Shown: piece by piece, positions 14,101 through 26,645 of the stretch | Numbering within the stretch: the first letter of the stretch is position 1 | Layout: each line of letters starts with the position of its first letter | Assembly (NCBI GenBank): GCA_040954595.2 | Contig: CM082578.2 | Coordinates: 2,896,831-2,960,830, forward strand | DNA length: 64,000 nt | Source of the DNA: Balanoglossus misakiensis | Lineage: Eukaryota > Animalia > Hemichordata | Direction of reading: 5' to 3' | Made by a program: the position numbers and the translations under genes | The notes under the pieces: generated by a model | What the model was told of the DNA's origin: nothing | Seen by the model: only the letters and a program-made list of their open reading frames with translations | Databases searched by the model: none

Positions 14101-15234
14101 ACACAAAAATTCAGAGGAAATTTCATCAACAAAAATATCTGGGTGCAAACTGATAATATCATCATCAGAAAGGAAACTTTGTGCCTTTTCCCTGTCAATA
14201 GTGGCAATAATTTCTTCTGTGGGAAGTTTGGAAGTAGTTGCTGATTGGACAGATTTTGCAGAAGATTCACAATCACTTGAGGGCAGCTTCAGTAAATTAA
14301 CATATTTGTTCATTGATTGGCGACGTTTTGGAGTCCTGCCCCCCTTTTTGCATGACAATAACTTTTCACACACTCCACAATCCCCTGTCCGCGGATGGTT
14401 TGACCACACAGCATAATTTTCATTCCAAGTGTAGGTTTTTTGGCGAAGGATGGCCTCCTTTCCGTGTAAAAGTTTCCTACGGCAGTTGCTACAGAATTCC
14501 CTTGGATGTACTCCGTCCTCATCACAGGACACATCGATGTGAAAAATGACCTCAATATCGCACATATAGTCACGTACATTGTACTTACGAGCATCAGCAC
14601 GGTTTAAATTACCAAAACAAAATCTACATCGTGATTCAATGACTGTCTGATGAAATTCTAGCCCCGCCATCATGATCACACACACTCATTTAAAGACCGG
14701 TAACGGTAATATCAAACGATAATTGGCGGAACAGGTTTGAAATTCGCGCCGAATTTGATCGTCGTGCCCCAATCCGCAAGCGTATGCCCGGAAATATGAT
14801 TGAAATAGTTTAACTCTGGGAGGGGTAAAATGACAAAAAACTATTGGCAATGCCATAGAAACTCCGGAAATTTTTTATTTTGGTTCATGAAAGTGGTAGA
14901 ATCCTAAGGGGGATTAAAATTGTTCCCTATCAGGTCAAGACACTTCGATCGCAGTCTCAATGATGGCGATCGCCACAACGCAAAACAGAGAGCTCCATAC
15001 TCTATTCCAGCTTGTTCAATGACGTAAGGGGATTCCCCAACTACCCATGTGACACGACCAAATATGGTTGGGGGCGGGAAAATAGTGATCAAAACCGTTG
15101 TTGACATCGATGACGTGCCTGATAGATGACATTTAAAATTTCAATTCCCGTTATTCTCGCGAGGTTTCGAAAGTCTCGTTTTTAGCGCATGCGCACACTG
15201 CTTTTCTGCTATCAGTGCAGAATAAACAGACGTG
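8121..15234 (-). mobile_element. Chapaev / N-RAG-TP-like DNA transposon, both ends present
   Basis: Termini CACGTCTGTTT and AAACAGACGTG. Exact 4-bp TSD TCAC (8117-8120 and 15235-15238). Subterminal inverted GTGTGCGCATGCGC. Confidence 0.85.
9261..14673 (-). CDS. Multi-exon Chapaev/N-RAG-TP transposase: RAG1-like CND (Chapa) domain, C3HC4 RING, Zn finger, DDE core
   Basis: H-x7-CRFC...DEDGVHPREFCSNC...WSNHPRTGDCGVC. RING CPICKEVLDGPIQILCGHVFCGEC...CPIC. Core exons carry GGDKGGGSMK, CGDYE, FCLWC, PPALHISLG, TPKMHILEDH and GEQGMEGVH. The exon 1/2 junction (13668/13267) looks out of phase, so the gene may be slightly damaged. Confidence 0.8.
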
Positions 15235-16516
15235 TCACAGCCCCTCGGGTGTAATAAACGGCCGCTATGGCCCTCATGGCCAGGCAATAGGTGTTCACTA
15301 TAAATAGCTTTCAGTATGTTCTTTGATGTTTTCCTGTTGCAAGTAAAGTTATATCCAAAGGATAAAGAGCATGATGACAACCCATATAAGTGAACATAAT
15401 TCAGACATTTTGTTCATTACAGATGTATGCTGTATTCCTATTGCAACATCGACGCCCATGCAGGCCAAGCATTCTGTACAACAGAGCTATGAAGGAGCAG
15501 TCAGGTGGGATATGATAAATATTTCTAACATTAGATTTTTCTTTGGTTTTATATGATTTTCAAATGTAATACAGGTACTTCATGGCTACAATGTACATGT
15601 GTGAAATACTTGTTTTATAAGTAGTGTTTATTCATGAGATGCATTATCATTGTTTCATGGGTGTAGCTTACTCAGACACATTATCTTTCTAGCAAAGACC
15701 CAGATGAAAATGTGAGTTCAGCTGAAGATACAGAGGAAACAACATCAACACCAATGCAAGCTAAACAGTGCTTTCAAAACGTGTATGATGAGTCAGTCAC
15801 AGGAAGGTGAGATTTGCCCTCACTTGAAAAACTGGTAGTTTGTAGATTTATGCTTTGTCTACATGTACAAACATGCACCACAATGTTAGCCATGACACCA
15901 GGGCTTGAAAGAGGTCTGTTGCTTGTAATTTTTGCTGTGTATTGTATATTCACTGTATCTACATACATATTTCAACACCTCATCAATGATTGTAACTAAC
16001 CAAGCATTGGGTAATATTTTATTTTTATAGAAAAATAGCAGATGAAACTTTGACTGCAAGTGATGATGATGATGAGACTTTATCTGCTAGTGAAGATGAC
16101 GATGAAGCACGGGCGTCATGGAACAATGAAGTGTATGGGATAAATAATAAACTCGATCAACGAACACACAAGAAAATATTTCGTTTTTGGGTTGTTTTTT
16201 TGGTGTGAACGAGAACTGCACTCACGAACGGCCTACCGGCTTCTCTGTCACGTTTTCAACAGCAGAATATCCCCCTTTCCAATGACCAAACGCATGATAT
16301 GCGAACGAACGCACCAGCGCGGAACGCGGAAGTGCACAGTGCTTCAGGTGTATGACGTCATTTTAGTCATAACTGAACGCTGATGGCGCAACCTTCAAAC
16401 GCGCGCGCGCTCACGCGCCGGGGCCAGCAGACAACAGTTTCTGTCCGGCTCCGTTGCTAGGTAGGACAGATGCGCTCGTATACAGTGTATGTAAGGAAGG
16501 GTATGCAATCGCTCAT

Positions 16517-19500
16517 ATGGAGTCTGGGGACGTGCGTTACCAAAAAGGGGGGACAGGGGGGACACTTCTTTCTACGGAGCAGAGTGCCATCGAAAGGTAA
16601 GCAATAATTTTATTTTTTGCTTAGAATGTGTCTAGAGAAGTGTTGGATTAATCATGAATAAAAAACGGAAAAAAATACATATCCCTGTGTGAAACTGCGT
16701 GAGCTCAGCTCCTCCCACACGTCATGTACTTATGGTCGTGCGTTGTTCTTGTGCATCACTGTTACATTTACGAATGGCTTGACGAAAAGCTAGCACATTT
16801 TTTGTTTGAAAACAATAAACAAAAACAATGTCTTTGTATAAATAAGGATCAGCAAGCTAGATATTTTAAGCGTCCCACACAGTTTGGATTTCATATCATA
16901 CCAGTTTTTATTTTACATACAGCATTAAATTTTGATTAATTTTCCTTTGAAACCCACGAGTTACTAATAGTGACCCTAAAGGTCATAAATGAAATCACCA
17001 TCAAAGTCATCAAAAAGATTGCTGACAAATATCTCCATTTTCAGTACAATAACATAATTGGCAGGTTTTTTTTTTTCAATCTTAATAGTTTACATCAAAT
17101 ATTTAAAGTTACACCAGGGCGAATACTCACTGTGTCGGAGGCATACGAGACATACTGCACCACCCACAAGATAGGCAATATCACAAAAGATCAGTTTGGC
17201 CGATGTGTAACATCTGCCTTTCCAGAAGTGCAAAAGACAAGACGTCGAATTGATGGTTCAAGACAATATCCTTTGGAAAATTTTATTCATAAGCTCACAA
17301 TGTTGACTAGACATTCCATAGCTACACACATTTGTATTGTTCACGCTAGTATGCAATTGTAGTTTTGTACAAAGTCAAAATACTAAAGCGGTATAACCAC
17401 ATCTGCAAGTTTGTTTGATACCAACAATTGAAGATTAATTAACGTAAGACAAGCTGGCTGAATGCTTACAACAACATATATTGCGTAAAGTTTCACTACA
17501 TTGTTCAAAAGTTTAGTTTTGAGAATATTGAAAATGTTTTTCTCATTTCATTCCTTTCTTTGTTGACACAGATCTCTGCAAACATGGCACTTATTTTACT
17601 GAAAGTTGCAGGGTGATAATTTTGCTAGTCGTGCACCTATCCGTCCATTCAAATGAATCATGTGATTTGGCAGTGAAAAGCCTGATTCCCCCCCCCCCGC
17701 AACCAAATTTGTGAACCAACATAAAAGTTGTGCATTTGGATGCATATCCTACATGATTAACAAAGCATAACATTTACTAGAGTTCCTTAACCAATATCAC
17801 ATATTGTTACCTCCAACTGTCACTGAGGGAGAGAAGGGAAAACTTCTCAGATACTAATTTGGAGTATTCATATTCAAAGTTTTGTAAAGGTATTTCTGGA
17901 GAGTCTTGTGCTGATGTACTACCGAGAAAGGATGCCATATGCAAAGCTGAACAGCACAGTAATGAATCATGCATCATCTTTTCAACAAAATGTAGTCAAG
18001 TAACAGTGTCCCTCAACAGATGTGAGGCATGTAAAGCGTTGTACAACTGCCTGAAATCAGCTCGATACAGGAAACGGTCAAATACATCTGATGCATCCAG
18101 TGTTCGATGGGCATATTTGAGCCGGGAACAGCTCCTGCAGAAGCTGAAAGAAAAAAATAAGATTATTGAAAATGAGAGGGAGAAGAGAAGGTATCATACC
18201 ATACGCTCCGAACAAATTTTACAACAACTCCAACTATCATATCAAGACAATCATGACATGACATCTATATTTAAAGAAATTGAACAAAGAAATGGTATCC
18301 CATCAACATTCACTACAGAAATGGAGCTTCTCTGGAATTCACAGAGAGAGCATGTGCAAAATAAGAGAAATAGCTGGCATCCAAAGTAAGTTGTATTCAT
18401 TTTTCTTCAATTTTTTAATACAATTTTGAAGGGAACTCAAAACAATAAAAATAATGACGTACCATTTACTCTCTTCAGTAAATATAACAAAGAACATGAT
18501 ATACATGCAGAAAAAAGACTTCACAATAAAAATACTCACATATCACAATTTGTGAACTGTCTTTACAGAATTTTAGAGATTTGCTTAAGACTGTGGCACA
18601 GGTCAAAGGAAGGCTACAGGGAGTTGAGAGAAAGTGGAGTGCTGAAACTGCCATCAGAGAGATTGCTCCAGTACAGGAAAAATAAAGTACCCCCAAAACC
18701 TGGACTGGATGCAGATGTCCTGCAATGGATGAAAGAAGATGCTTTAGGTCAAAATGTGGAGGAAGTGGGCTACTGCGGTGCAATATGTTTTGATGAAATT
18801 AAAATACAGGTAATAGCAATATGAGCACCGTTTTGAAATTGTATCCTCCAAATAAGTTTTGTTTACTTGTGTATCAGTTTCTCCAATTACAACAGTGCTG
18901 TAAATAAGATGTGATGACTAAGAGAACGGCCACTGTGATATTGACATTCAAGTGTAATACCAGAAATTACTCTGACCGGATTAATATGACACTTTCACTA
19001 TTATCTGAAGACAATGAACTTCAATATGTGACAAGCTATGCATCCAGGACAGCAGCTAAAGATTATATTGAGATGATGCAAACCTACCTTGCATTTATTG
19101 TTCACAATCACTGCTCTGTTCACTGTATGGTAGTCAAACCACACAATTTTTTTTTTGCATCTACATCTACGACCATTTTCATGTCACGAACTAATGATGA
19201 ATAGAGGAAATTTCCCCTCATTATCACTTCTACCCATCAGGGAGACCTGCAGTTGAAGAAAAATGCAGACACCTATGACATAGTTGGTTTTGTGGAACTT
19301 GGGGAGTACTATGACATAATGAGCCAGCTCCAAAGCAGTGAGTAACAAAGCATTTATTCACACTTGACCTATACCTTTGCATGTATTGTGGATAATTTTC
19401 TTGAGTCACCAGTGAGTTTGTTGCGTCAGTGGTGCATCGTATGGGCTTAGAGGGCATACTCTGTACCACTACAATGTATTGTTCATTTCCCCCCAGATGA

Positions 19501-21326
19501 TGGAGATCTAAAAATGGCTTCACATATACTACAGATGAATTTCATTGGGTGCACTGGTTTTGAATTTGCCTTTGCATGGTTTCCTACCAGAGAAGTGGAC
19601 GCATCCACACTTTTTGATATCCACTGGCGAGCAGTATACGCTCTATTTCAGCAAGGTTTCAACGTATTTGCTAGCATATGTGATGGTGGTGAAGCCAACA
19701 GGCAGTTTATCATGACTCATTTCAAGACAGGGTTCTCTCAGGCGTTGGAAAACAACTTCACCATTCCAAATATGGTAACAGGTGAAAACTTCAGTTTCAT
19801 CATGGATCCCTCGGTGAGTTGCTAATTTTTGTTTAATTAACACTACTTAAAAATGTGTTGACATCTTGGTTCACATATCTAACAAAATTGTTGTATAGTG
19901 CTTACCATCAATATGTAATTCCTATTCTTGGCTCACGAAAGTACTGCCGCACGATGCAACCACATCACTTGTGACTTCTGCTCGAGCGCTGAGGTCATGG
20001 AGTTCTGTCATATTCAACTTCGGAGTTTTCCAGTGCTGTGAAGTATTACTTTATAGTTAAAATAAATTGTCTATTCTTCACGGAGAAAAATTCTTGAACA
20101 AATTTTCAGAATAATTGCATTTAAAGAGGGTGAAGGTTAAACTGACATTTTTTTTATTGTAAAATCTTGTATCTACTCATGCCTCTTTATCTGTTTGTAA
20201 TGCACATGTGCACACTATAAAAGATAGGAAACTTTCTACGGTACAGTAATACTAATTCAGTTGTTATTCATTCCACACTAGCACAACTTCAAGAAATTAA
20301 GAAATAATCTTGAAAAGAGTACAAATTCAGGTCACTCACCACGCTGCCTTACCATATATAACGATGACGGACCCCACAAGATACTCTGGTCTTGTCTGGT
20401 TGAAGCATATATGCATGACAGAAAAAACAACATAGCTACAAATCCAAGGCTATCAGATGAACACTTCCATCTCACAAGTGCTTCAAGGATGAGAAATCAT
20501 CTGGCAAATGAGATTTTCACAGCAGAAACAATTGAAGTCGTCAAGGTCAGTCAAATTCCTACAAAAAAAGACAACAGCATTTCAGTGACCCATTTTTCAT
20601 GATAAATAAGCACAACATTTAACTCATGCTTAAATATAGACTGAAATGTTTAGAAAACAGAATAGATTGCCTCAAAATTTACACACATCAGTTATGTTCA
20701 TTTGAAGTAAATTTTATTCACATCAGAATTATGAAGAATATCTCAACGCCAATGGATTGAGAAATTGGCAAGATGTGTCCGCCACTATCCATTTCCTAGA
20801 AGAAGTCAACGTCCTTTTGAAGAATTACACCAATAAAACACCATACAGGTAGATTGCTTTTAGTTTAAAATCATACTCTTCACTCCAGCAAAATGCTGTT
20901 AAATTTAATAAACATACAAACTTTGTATTTCATGTCTTCATTTGTACATTTCAGTTTCATTTTTCCAAAAAAGAACAATCATTTCAATTACCTATATATC
21001 TTGTCACGTTGTACCGGTATACAGCTCCATTGACGACCAACGCTTCCAGTCAAACCAAGCAGTCCTGGAATGGTTTCTGAAGTGGAAGGAGAGTACCTCC
21101 AATGCTACTGTAGGTCCCAAGGAACAAAGAAGAATGTTCCTTTCAGAGAAAACACTCTTTGATGTCTGCAGCATGGTCCACGGTTTCCAAAGCTATGCAA
21201 GAGAAATCATTGTGAGAGGGGGTTCTGTGAAAGCATTCAAGACCAATCAAGACAGCACGGAAAATATATTCAGTTGTGCAAGGGCCAGCAATGGGTCGAA
21301 CTCAAACCCTGATGCTCTCCTTTATG
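16517..21326 (+). CDS. P-element (THAP9-family core) transposase with an N-terminal RFX-like winged helix; last exon not located
   Basis: Approximate exons 16517-16596, 17089-17265, 17801-18385, 18569-18809, 19241-19337, 19497-19813, 20282-20545, 20728-20849 and 21025-21326 splice in frame. Motifs: WHPKILEICL, LPSERLL, FDEIKIQ, ICDG, DPSHNFKKLRNN, RMRNHLA, NQDSTENIFS. Confidence 0.8.
17266..17800 (+). other. U12-type (minor spliceosome) AT-AC intron
   Basis: 5' end ATATCCTTTG. Branch site TTCCTTAAC at 17783-17791, with AC 9 nt later. Splicing restores the frame and gives GSRQYCYLQLSLR. Confidence 0.8.
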
Positions 21327-21649
21327 GTAATTAGACAACAAAAATCAGCAACCTCTTTAAATTTACTCAAATGACTCGCACATTGCAACAGAACTCATAG
21401 CCTTTAAAGCTAGATAAAACAGACAAACTGTCAAAATCTATGAGAAAGAACTTACCTTTCAAGTAAACTGCACCATTGTTGTTCCTTTACATTCGTTCCA
21501 CAGCATAAATAAAAGCCCCAATAGCTACCAATTTTTGAATCCCCACAATTTCAAAATGGCGTTTATTTTGTCGACTAAAGATAATGAAAAAATTTAAGTA
21601 TTTTATTTATTTAAATATATGCTTAAAGTGGCAGCTACTGGGGCTTTAA

Positions 21650-22425
21650 GATGGGTCCCTGGGATCTTTTTGCTCGTTGCTATGGGCCTTTATAGTACAT
21701 TACACCCCGATTTGGACTAAGCCGTTTTCAGAGTCTAGTTGAAAATCTGCACGATTGTGTGCACACCCCCTGTCCGAGTATGTTTACGGCAGCTACCGCC
21801 CGGCCATAGGCCGCCACGCTAATACGGCAAAGCAGCGGTCAGCGATAGCGTGCGCGTCCTGTAACCACAGTAACTGGATCGAACGCTAAAAATCCAATGT
21901 TTTGTACACAGAGATTTTGTACCGTTCACGAAAATCCCTAAGGCTTTTTTCATAGGCCACGTACGCCAGTCAAATTTGACCTGCTTGTTGAGAACGCACT
22001 TCCGCACAGTGTGACGGATCGTTTTTTCGGTTTTCGTCGTGCTAAGAAGCGATACCGGTGGAAGAGTGCGTCCAAAAACACCCAAAATCGATGACTTTTT
22101 CAGGTGTGGTACGGGTATGCTGAAATCGTAGGATACAACGATAATATTCGAAAACAAAATCCGTCACGATCTTCCCTGGTTCAAGCAACTAATGAATACG
22201 TATCAAGTTCGTTTTTGAGGTCACGGAATATAAAGCCTTAGGCTTTTGAAATTTGACCTAGCTAAATTGCATATCAATGGCGTCAGGGGCGCGCGCTCAC
22301 AATCGTGCAGATTTTCAACTAGTTACCAGCCCCTTGTTAGACTCTGAAAACGGCTTAGTCCAAATCGGGGTGTAATGTCCTATAAAGGCCCATAGCAACG
22401 AGCAAAAAGATCCCAGGGACCCATC
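21650..22425. mobile_element. Kolobok-type MITE inside the P element
   Basis: About 90-120-bp inverted repeats starting GATGGGTCCCTGGGATCTTTTTGCTCG. Flanks are TTAA and TGAA. Confidence 0.65.
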
Positions 22426-23420
22426 TGAAACGGTAACATACTTGTATGAAGGTTGGATCAATTAAAGAACCAAAGATGCAGCAAGCTTGTGACAAGGGTG
22501 GATGATTAAAATATTACCTTACAGTTCTCTGTATGTACCAAGCTTGTCACAAGGATGGATGGATTAAATATTAACTTACAGTTCTTGCCCCCCCCCCCAC
22601 ACACACACACAAACACACTTTTTCTCTGCTTGAAAATAAATGAAGCAATATTAGATAAAAGGTTTTTTTTACATCTTAAAACTTCCCACCTACACTATTA
22701 ACGAAGGTGGTGCTCATGATTTAAGATAGTTATTTTGTTTACAATTGCTTTAAGAATTTCCAAATAATGTTGATTTTACAATGACAAAGTCTTTGCTTTA
22801 GACTCAGCGTACATTCCAGATGTAGCACGATTGAGAAATTGCAGTTTTTACCATGAAATATCGTACCTCTACGAAAAACAACTGTCAAATAAATTATCAT
22901 TGGCGATCAAAGACGATCAGCTTCTATATTTAACACTCATGATTTAAACACAAGAAATGGATGCTTAGACACATGGCGATATCCTTGTAATAATGTCAGG
23001 AGACGTTTATTAATAAATCAATCCCGGTTAAGAATGCAAACATAGTTCATTTCGTTGCAATATCCAACAGTACAGACAATAAGTAACAGTAAATTTGCTA
23101 AATGCGAGATGGTCATGAACGGTAGACCGGCACCCATTACGGGCATTACTACAGCAACAATGACCATGGACGGACGCGACTGACAACATGCAGCAAAGTC
23201 TAGCTAAAAGATTTACCTATCTTTTAACGATCAATTCATCAAAACAGCAGCATCGCTGATGGTATAAAATCGCCCTTTCCGAATGGATGTGGATGATAAA
23301 CATGTCTGACGAACACTGGGACCGCGACATAATGCTTAGATGTGTTTACAACAAGAAAACCGTTAAAATATGGCGGGTGTACCTCGCGCATGCGCACAAC
23401 GCTATTTTCGTGTCATAACA

Positions 23421-23837
23421 GGTGTTGTGCCGAATTCGGCCCCATGCCGAATACGTCCCCGCGCATGCCTTGACAAACAAACCATGGCTTCTAAGGGATA
23501 AGATCGGCAGGTAAAGCTGCTGATTTCAGCCCCGTTGCCGATTAAGACCCCAACTAAAGTCATGTTAACTATTGAAAGCTAAAAGTGATGGTTTCGGCCT
23601 AAATGGGTGAATATCTGCCCATGGCCCTGATTTGTTGGTGGAATGAAATTAAATCCTTGCGGTAATGCAATGTCCAAGTTTACAGTGCAGTACAATGTAC
23701 ATTCATGCACAGCCTTACATGCACGTTGGATGGCAAAACTTTCACACAAGAAAATGCAATATTTCAGACACATGTTACTGATGACCCGAGCATGCGCGGG
23801 ACGTATTCGGCATGGGGCCGAATTCGGCACAACACCG
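23421..23837. mobile_element. MITE of unassigned superfamily
   Basis: About 47-bp inverted repeats GGTGTTGTGCCGAATTCGGCCCCATGCCGAATACGTCCC. No clear TSD. Confidence 0.55.
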
Positions 23838-24285
23838 GAAATAGAGCTTCGACTGTGAGTTAGGATCGACTGACGATATTTATAAAATAAAAATATTGAA
23901 GTAGGATTTGAGTAACCATGAAATATACTCATTTTTGGGGGAAAAAAGTATGCTTTATTAAATGTAGGGATCTTGTACACTATGCATGGGACCTAGCCTG
24001 GCCCCAGACCAGTGTTTAGAATTTCTAAAACACACTGGTCTGGGGCCAGGCTACATGGGACCATGTACACTATGTATACGGCATGGAACCGAAGTTTTTT
24101 TAAAACCTGCAGTGCTCAACTTTCAGTGTTTTGCAAGTTTGTTTAACACTTGTAGCAAGTGTGTATTATACAAGCTTGTATGGGGTGGTTCACAAGCTGT
24201 ATCCAAGCTTGTAATTTTAAGCCGTAATCTTATCCAAGCTTGTAAAACCTTTATACAAGCTAAGAGCTAGCATTTCATAGTTGTG

Positions 24286-26645
24286 TCATCCTTGCAGCAA
24301 GCTTGTACAAGGTTGTGACATCTTGGTGACTTTCGTAAGGGGTAGCTTACCACTGAGTAAACCCATCCATGAATCAACGACAAAGTTATTACTTTTGACT
24401 GCAGTGGTGATAACCTGTAACAAAGAACCCTGGTGTTGCTTCAATATATCTTCTGTATACAACTTTTCACAGAGGGTTTCCAGAATACATGTAAACAGGA
24501 AACAGCCATCAGATATATGGGTCAAACCTCCCCTATCATGCAATTCCATGTGCTTAAGACTTTCAGGAAACTGGGTGCTGACTACAAGGTCAGAGTAAGG
24601 CACCTGGAGCTGTTGAAATAACTGCAACAATTCCCTGTGTATAGAAGATTTGGCCCGTGTTTTCGCAGACTTGCCTGACATGGCATTTACCATACTGTTG
24701 TAGCACTGACTGATCAACTTGCAAATACACCAGCCACCAACTTTTCTCAGTTTCCCTTGCATTGCCCTATTAAATGTTACAGGCGTGTCAGAGAGATCAT
24801 CTACCAATACTACATCATCAGATAAACAGACGTCTCTCACTGGTACAAGACTTTTCATCAAACACTTATTCACCTCCATGATGACAATCATCATTACAGA
24901 ATGAAACTGTGGAGGAACCACACCAGTACCTGAACCCAACAGACCATACGACCTCAAAACAATTTTCCAATACTTATGAACAGTACTGTCCCAAATCACA
25001 GCAGCAATATCAGCACACTGACCTTTCAGGATTCTGTTACTAATATGCTTTGTGTTTCCCATGCATGTCTTAATGGAAGAGTTACTCAAGTGATGAAAGA
25101 TATACCGAATAAAATCCACCAAAACACCATTCCTAACTTTGGGATCAAAGAAACCCAGAGATTGCATTATGCCAACCGTCTCCGTTGAATTAAGAGGATC
25201 ACTACCAAGTTTCAGCAGCATGTCATCCAGAGAAATGTCATTATTAATGGTACATTTGGGAATTGTATCATCACATGGAGAGTCAAAGACCACAGTGGTT
25301 ACAACAGGTGTGGAGGCCAACCTATCCATATCATCAGAGTCAGGTGGCAATAGAGGACTCAAACATTTGGAAATAGAAGGAACTACAAGGTGCCCGACTG
25401 TCACAACAGATACTTCATAAAAACTTCTCACATGTGGGTGGGCTGGTATGATGTTGTGAGAAAATCCTGGTAAAACTCTAAGGCATTCAGGGCTTGCTGC
25501 CCTCGTGTATGCAGTGTATGCTTGACCGGGTAAGAACATGGCCACATCACAAACCTCAAGATTATTCAATGTGGATCCTTGGCTTTTATGAATGGAAGAA
25601 GAGTACCCCAACTGTAATGGAATTTGGAGGCGTGTTCCAATTGTTTTCCCTGTGTCATCAGAGACAGAAAAATACCTCCGTCTAACTATAACCGTTCTAC
25701 CATCTTCAAAACTAACCTTAGGGAGCCCACTCACAAAATCAATTACATGACCATGCAGACCATTACACAACAAACCACCACTAACATTGTAAAGGTTGGT
25801 AAGAAGAATGACAGGACAACCTTTCTTCAATATTAGTTTCCGAACAGCATTTACAGCTTTACCCGAAGTACCACAAACACCAGTATCTCTAGCTAAGAAA
25901 ACTTGAGGTTCACCAGGAAATTCCTCAAGCCTAACAGCATTATATATAGCAACATCTTTACGACGTGGATACAGTCTAATATCAACACGTGGAAGGGGCC
26001 TTGTCAATAAGCTAAGATATTCAATTGTAGCCTTGGATTTAAAACCCTGGCGTATATCCTCTAATGCCCTTAGAAATCTTGGATCTCTCTGCCGCATAAC
26101 TGTCTCAAGAAATACACAAACATCTACGGTACAATCCCATGCAGTCGACTTGAAACAATAGTCAGGCATCTCTTTCTCCGTGCCAATACAATCAACTGGG
26201 GGAAGCTGGCAGAAATCACCCGAGAAAATCACACGAATCCCTCCAAACGGCCCAGTTGTACCTTTAACAGTTCGCATAATGAACTCAATTTTATTGAGCA
26301 GACTGCCTGACAACATGGAAATTTCATCAACTATAAGCACTTAAGTTGACCGAAGCTTATTAACAACATACTGCTTTTCCTGAACCAATTTAAGTAATTG
26401 CAAATTACCCCATTACCCTGACCAATGCCAAAAGCTGAGTGAACAGTTGAACCACAGATCAAACTGGCAGCCTTGCCAGTGCTGGCTGTAACAAGAACAC
26501 CTTCTTCTCCGAGTTTATGCATCTGTTCTTTGATTACATGGCGCAACACAACGGTCTTTCCAGAGCCAGCTCTACCAGTAATAAATGTGTTTGCATTATT
26601 GCAAATGTTCTTGACAACCTGCTGTTCATCTGTTAATTCTGACAT
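24286..26645 (-). pseudogene. Intronless Pif1-family SF1B helicase with a C-terminal extension; one frameshift near 26340, 3' end cut by a repeat
   Basis: GRAGSGKT, ASTGKAA, GSTVHSAFGI, DEISML, GDFCQLPPV, MRQRD, LKKGCPVILLTNL, QIPLQLGYSSSIHKSQGSTL, GQAYTAYTRA. C-terminal VGGWCI...DRGGLTHIS. Confidence 0.85.

Larger units (their letters stand above)
7745..15305. repeat. Foldback (hairpin) MITE, 7745-8120 plus 15235-15305, split by the Chapaev insertion
   Basis: ACACCTATAGCCTGGCC...GGGCCATAGC...CTGTGAGTTACCAGAATCATATG pairs with CATATGATTCTGGTAACTCAC|AG...GCTATGGCCC...GGCCAGGCAATAGGTGT once 8121-15234 is removed. Confidence 0.65.

Noticed and set aside
13636-14685. A second RAG1 gene or a host RING E3 ligase
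   Set aside because: The downstream exons encode a Chapaev-type core, and the unit has a 4-bp TSD.
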